64,000 bases of DNA from the human T2T-CHM13v2.0 reference genome, Homo sapiens: the NCBI RefSeq assembly GCF_009914755.1, contig NC_060935.1; one strand, 5' to 3'. The number at the start of each line of letters is the position of its first letter. Within the stretch, counting starts at the first letter, position 1. This document shows, in pieces, positions 57,023 through 64,000 of the stretch. Position numbers and translations under genes: made by a program. The notes below the pieces were generated by a model. That model saw only the letters and a list, made by a program, of their open reading frames with translations. It searched no databases and had not been told where the DNA came from.

Positions 57023-58526
57023 AATCAGAAAGCTTACATCCTTCCTTTTTCTCCTCAACTTTGTATTTCTATCCCACTTCTTCCTTAACAGAAATACATA
57101 TATAACAGCAAGGAAAGATTTGGAGCCCTATCACAAGTTTATGACACTAATATTTTCAAAGTGTCCCTTTGTTTGGTGCCTGGAGGTTTTTACACCACAA
57201 GGTGATATGCCAGAATAGACTCAGGATGAGGAAGAGGTGTGCTTTGCCTTTTTAAAGGGTGAATGGAAAATGGGAAAAGAGAAAAGAGACGGCATTCCCT
57301 CACACTGCAGGCACATTCTCAAGCAGAATCATTTTAGTAAAAAGTGCATATAGGAGTTGGGAATCTGGACATTTATTCTCTTAAAATCACTGTACATCTC
57401 CTGCTCTTTGTATACCTTCAGGGGAACAACCCCAATTGTTACTTAATAAGCCCTTCTCCTCCATAAACACAGATGACTTCTTGGAGGGAACACAAAAAAA
57501 AATGGCAGAAAGATGAACATCTGAGCATCTTTATTCAAAAGGCTGAGCGTTGCCTAAATAAGCTGGTTAAATTATTTGGTCTGAATCAAATTTAGTTTTA
57601 CTTTTCTCCCACCACCATGTGTGAAAGATAAAATAAGATTTAAACAAAATAAGGAAAACACTTCTTGGCATGTCTTGTATGCTGTGAGTGGATTTGCTCT
57701 CCTGCAGTGTGTATCTTCTTCCTAAAGTAAACTCTAGCATATGCTTTCCAAACTCAATGACTTGCTTTCCCCATCCACACTATCCAACCACGTTAGGATC
57801 TCAGATCCTGAGACTGAGGAAGGTCTTCTGACCTTAGTCTTACATTCAAAATAGGCCACAAATTTAGCCTTTTTCATTATCTGCAAATAAAGTTACACAT
57901 ACAATCAAGAAGTTACACATACAGTGACAGGATACTCTGGAGAAGACAGTCATTTTGAAATATCTGTCCCATCACCAGATCATGCCCCCAACATGGGTTA
58001 TGAATTAATATTTTTTAGAAATCTTTTAATTATCATGTAAATAGAACAATTATATCATACTGTGCTTTTTGTTAATAGAGTTAATTTTAAGGGTAATCAT
58101 CTAAAATATACTTAACAGTTTTAAAATCCTGTTTTGGCATTTCTTCATTATTTAATATGCTGTGAACTTTAAAAAAATATAACCACTCTCAGCCTCTGAG
58201 AGGTCCTATCTATACCCACTGCCCTTAATTCTTCAACGCCAATTTTTTCTTTAATCCTATTCACTCTAAGTTTTCATTATCTTCCAAAGGCCGCTGATAT
58301 CCTTTTTTAAAAATCACATATAACCTGCTTGAAATCTTGTTCACTCCTGACTTCATGCCACTGCCTATCTCAATCTCCTTTTCAAACTCTGCCCATACTT
58401 CAGTTAATAAAACATGCCTTACATTTGCTAATGAAGATAGGCTTTAGTGCCATTACAACTCTATCTTGCTGTCTCACCTTAGACAAGGACCTTACTGCCA
58501 TTGGTGTTAATTACTTTATAATATTA

Positions 58527-58892
<366 letters not shown>

Positions 58893-59639
58893 TTATATAC
58901 CTTATTTAATCTTCACAACAGCTCAATGAGGTAAGTATTATTGTCTTATTATCTATAAAATGAGAGGACTGGATTATGCAGCCTTTAAAATTCATTTCAA
59001 CCTCACTTTCATTCTATTCATGCTAGTCTTTCTTTTAAGTTCCCATAATACATAGAATCTGTATCACATATTTTAGCACTTATTTTTATACTGATAAGCA
59101 TATTTCCTAATAGCTTCACATGGGTATGCTTTGTCTCCAAAACAAGAAAGTTAGCTTCCTGAGGGTTAGGCCTTAGAGAATTCTCCTGTATTTTCAACAC
59201 TGGTTAACACACAGACAGAGCACATATGTGGTACTCAACACTTCATCATTTGAGTTTGTCTTCTTTGGTTCTCTAATTACTTTTTGGGGGTGGGGAGGTA
59301 CCCAAAAGATAAGGTTAAATCAGTGACTGGTAGAATTGTAGTCCCTAAAGATGCCACACTATATAGTTCACTTATAAGGATCTTAAGAGACACTGAAGGG
59401 CCTAAAGGTGTCCACCTGGTGGTTGGAAGGCAAACAGATTGTGAACTATATGTGTTTTGTTTTGTTTTCAAAATATTTGCTTTGTTTTGCTTTATGAGGA
59501 CTGGAGCACCTTATCTACCCAACACCAAATTAGATCCTGATCATGTTAAAAGATTTGTCACCTTGTTAATCACAGAATGAGGAATCCAATGCCAGAAGTA
59601 TAAATGGAGTATCTGACCGAATTTTTGCCTTCTAAAAAA

Positions 59640-59725
59640 GAATTGTCCAGTGGAATTTTCAGTGATGATGTAGCTATTGAGTAATCAAAATGTGGCTAGT
59701 GAGACTGAGGAACCCAATTTTCAAT
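59640..59725 (+). mobile_element. MER3/MER33-type hAT fragment
   Basis: AAATGTGGCTAGTGAGACTGAGGAAC..AATTTT..ATTTTATTTAATTTTAATT. Confidence 0.6.
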
Positions 59726-59749
59726 TTTATTTAATTTTAATTTAAAAAC

Positions 59750-62700
59750 ACAAGGGATAGTGTATTGTGCTGTACAGTTCTAAAAGATGTAACTCACCTG
59801 TGGTTTGCCAAGGCTGAAGCCCTTTCCAGCACCTTTTATTTATGCTGTAATTCTTTTCTCTAAAGCTTTCAACATTTACTTCCCAGTCACACATATTAAG
59901 TGTTGATAAATGAACTCTTGCCATATCCTTTTTCCATGCATGACTGGCTATGTTCAGAAACTTCAAATATTTTAGAAATGTAACAGGATACTGATTATTT
60001 TAGGGAGGTTATGTAAAATTGATTTTCTAACATAATTGAGAAAGTTTTATGAAAGAGAGCAATAAATTAATGTTACATTAATTCCCACCTTTTGCAACAT
60101 ATATAAAATAAGAGCAAAGAATGAATTTTATTATTTGAAAATCAGAAGTTTGTTGTAAGATTGATGTTTACTCGAACTAACGCTACTAACAAGAAGTGAG
60201 GAAGCCACTATATATGTCTCTGAATAAAATAAAGCAAAGCAATGATACCCAAGATGTTTACAATTGCTTTATCAATCATTAGTCAGACTTCTCAAGAACC
60301 AAAGATCTTAACTAGCAATCATTGACAACACTGATCCATTTGAATAGTAAATAGAAAATACTAGTCAATCCTTAAGAGAGTTGGTTTTCCTCCTACTAAG
60401 AATGTGTATTCAATACTGTTTTAGTTCTTCAAGGAAAAAAAATTCATATTCTTGTCCGTTCACACGAACCTCTCAGTGAGCATTATTGTTTTCGGAGGAG
60501 GGGGCAGGAGGCAGGGGGCCCAGGATGTTGACAGAACAGATAGGATGTCAGGTGAAGATAGAATGCTATGCCCTCTCTAACCAGCTGAAGACTCAGCATG
60601 ATTGTTTTCTTACAAATAATACCTGTGGGTGTTGAAACTGTTCAGGGAATCTATCAAACACACTCTTTCACTTTGCTGCTGTAACTCTATAAAATTTATT
60701 CTCATTTCAAAAGAGTCATAGGCAATAATACCTGTAGGTGGTTGAGTAATTTAAAGAACATTTGTCAGGTCTACTTTCAAGTACTTTGCCTGGACAATTC
60801 TATCTTTATTTGGAGTTTTTAAAATGCAATATTTCTACCCAATATGATTAGAAATTTCCACATAAGATATCTTCATCTAACTAAAGAAGGATATCTTCAT
60901 CTAACTAAAGAATGATCTTAAATATAAGTGGGGATATAACATTAGGATGTCTGAGAATAAATTTTTGGTCAGAAAATAAAAATAAATTTAGGTTATAATC
61001 ATTTCCATTTTTTACAATTATGGAAGTCATTCACACACAGACATAAAAAGCAAATACATCAACAGTGTATTAGAAAAAATGCATTAATAATATATTAATG
61101 CCAAATTATTCATCTCAGGGAAACTTAAAGTGCCTACCTCTATAAACTTAGAAAAATGGTCCATATTCTGTAAAGGGAGAGTTGAGTAGAAAAAAAAAAC
61201 ACAACTTTCCTTGTTAAGTCAATCTGTATCCATATTAAGTTTACTTTATCTGTATTATAATTAAAACACTTAAATTGGGATTTTTATAAAATTTTCTATT
61301 CAGTCACAAGTACAGAGGATAAATGATTTTTAAATATTTCCATATTAGTTCATTCAAAAAGTATTATAAAATGAAACAATTTAAATAATTTTTAATTAAT
61401 CAAGAAAAGTAAGGTGATAACTAATATTTTTAATATGTTGATAAAGATGGAGACATATTCCTAGATGATCCCCAAATGGAATTCACTTTTCATCAAAATG
61501 TTCAGAATTGCATAAGCAGAAAAGTCTATCTTTCCTTTATGAGATGCAGTTTTTAAGTTAAAAATATTTATTTTAAAATACCATTTGAAACGTAAGTTGG
61601 CCCTTATTCTTTGGAGAAGGTTTAACATTAATACAGATAATTTTTCTAATTGAAAGACACCCAGCTGAGATGTCAATAAAGCTCTCTGGTTTTACAGAAC
61701 TGAATTACCATGTAAAAAAGAAAAACCTCTATTTTTTTCCAAAGTGAATTATTTAATAAATAGTTTTCATGATAAAAAGTTCAATTTTGAGCTAGAGATA
61801 CATATTTGACACTTGGTAGTATAATTCTAAGAGAATTAGAGAAAAACACAGATTTGAAAATTTTCTCCTGACCTAAACAGCTTTATGACAAGTCAAATGA
61901 AATGTTCCATGAAGATAAATATGTCATGGATAAATGATGGAAAATAAACACTATTTCAATATCACTTCTTATTTTATTCCACTGTCACTTCCCCCCTCTC
62001 TGTAATAATTACCTATGCACAAACTCTAGATGGCAATATTGCACTTACTGTACTTTTGAGAAAATTGTCACAGTCGATCTCCACATATCCTCTTTATCAA
62101 CATTTTATGTGCCATGGATCTATAGCCTCTTATTATAAGTGTAATGAAGCAGAAGTTATTGAAGCATTTTATTGATTGCTCAGATCACAAGTTTACTGCC
62201 ATACTGAATTGGCACCTTACTCACTGAAGCAAACTGCTGACACCTTTTTTAAAAAGTGACAACTACATCTATTTCATGACCAGAAATCCATTTTCATCTC
62301 TATCAAGACAAGAATGCAATTTTCACTTCATTTAACTGATGTTAGGCCTGCTCAAAGCATGACACTTAGAAAGAGACACAAGTTTAAGGTTCTTAAAATA
62401 CTTCAAGTAACTAGAATGCAGCTTGGTTTCAGGAAAAAAAAAATCAACAATCACTCAAATCTACAAACAACCTAATATTCTAAAAAAAATTACTTACCAG
62501 AACCTTCAGAAGTAGTTTTCATCTCGAAATGACTATCACACTATTTTCATGTTTTTAATAGTATATTATGTTTATATATTATAGATTTTGTTCCAAGGTT
62601 TCAAAGGATAATTAGGAAGTTTGTTAAAAACTGAAATATTTTAAGTGTTGTCACAGAAAGGCTAAGTCAAAGAAACAGCTCAATTTTTAAAGTATATACA

Positions 62701-64000
62701 GAAAATGAAATAGAGATAGTTATTCATTCAATGATGTAGAACCAATAAATTATTTTAATTGACACAGGATCTGAAAAGACAAACTTCAAGCACTTCTTTT
62801 TTGAAAAATTAAAATACTAAGATTCCTTTTAAAATACTTTATGCAATAAACAAATTTTGTCAATAATAAATGTAATTCAAGCATATTTTGAGATGAATCA
62901 ATTCTGGATAGAATTATATTATACTATTGTTTGATACCTAATTACCAAACTTATTGAAAGTGTGGATAAAGTGAGCCAACATTAACTTACACAATTTTTT
63001 AAACAAAATCTAAGTGCTTTGGTAGAGCTTAGTTTTAGTATGTTAACAAAATACATTTCAATTTTAAACTGCAAAAACAATATATACTCAAGCTAGATGG
63101 TTATTTCCTCATCAAATAATATGCCCACAAAATAAATCTGCAATATTGTTACAATTTAAAAAGTAAAACCTAATTTTTGAAATAGAAATTCAGTACCTGA
63201 GATTGCTAAACACAATATGCCAAATATAGAACTTTTACATATAACATATATAACAGCATCCAAAAAAGTTAACTTGCTTAAATTAATAAACAAAAGAGAC
63301 TACATACATGCAAAAAAATTTAAATTTAAATCACTCGGGCCAAAAATTATATAAACCTCAACAAACTTTATTAAGTAATGATTTACTACAAATAGCTCAA
63401 ATACACATTTCAAAATTAAAATTACAGAAATAAAACATTTTCCCACAACTTCAGACATAAATAGAAATTGCAGTGTTTTTCAATACACTACCAAAGTTTA
63501 GAAAATACCCCAAGAATTTAAGAAATATTGGAGAATACTTTGGTTTATTTATTTTGCTTTAAGTAATCAAATCAGCTAAAATTTAATATCAAACAATCAT
63601 TTTATTCCGAAGTGCTAAAAACTAGGAGTAGAATTAAAAATTCCTTAAGATTTCTTAAATTCACAGATTCACATTTTTTCATGGCTTAATGAATTCAGGG
63701 GCTATGACTCTTCCTAATTAAGATGGTGCTTACCATGATATAATAGATACTCATTTCCCTTTTTTCTCTCTGAATTTCAAAAATAACTATGCAATCTATA
63801 AGAACTGTTAGGCCATACTGTGAACAGCTTTAAATGATTAAAACTGAAAGTTTATGAGTGCTTTCAAAAATTGTATTTAAAAAAAAAAAAGTACTATGCA
63901 TTCTTATGTAAAAGTCTCCAGGAATTTTGTTGGTTGGCGGGGAAATTCAAACTTGGGAAGACATTTTCAGAAATGAGTGTTTCTCAAAAATCACATTTGT
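59750..64000 (-). other. Repeat-poor AT-rich sequence, possible long 3'UTR or 3' flank of a minus-strand gene
   Basis: No recognisable interspersed repeat over ~4 kb; several minus-strand AATAAA (TTTATT near 61972, 62168, 63367, 63545); minus strand U-rich. Confidence 0.3.

Noticed and set aside
57890-57923. 14-bp direct repeat AAGTTACACATACA
   Set aside because: Small slippage duplication with no further structure.

Overview
Primate (human-like) nuclear genomic DNA, AT-rich and dense in transposable elements. There are no prokaryotic features, CRISPR arrays, tRNA/rRNA genes or intact protein-coding genes that I can name. The first 11.3 kb is a stack of a MER52-type LTR, a scrambled old L1MA element and a 5'-complete L1PA7 carrying a large in-frame ORF2 deletion. 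The rest is a mosaic of Alu/FLAM, MIR, L2, MaLR/ERVL LTRs (including a two-LTR MLT1A element), DNA-transposon MITEs and L1 fragments; many have target-site duplications (TSDs) visible in the sequence. Most of the longer, protein-like ORFs in the track are repeat-derived. The unexplained parts are three repeat-poor islands. (i) 24.8-28.0 kb: three plus-strand exon-like blocks with splice signals and stop-interrupted frames, preceded by RFX X-box-like motifs, a candidate decayed gene or lncRNA. (ii) 42.7-44.9 kb: a candidate minus-strand terminal exon with a ~2 kb 3'UTR-like tail. (iii) 59.7-64 kb: 3'UTR-like sequence of a probable minus-strand gene lying beyond the window. Subfamily names come from recalled consensus sequences, not from a search. 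Boundaries of old repeats are approximate.
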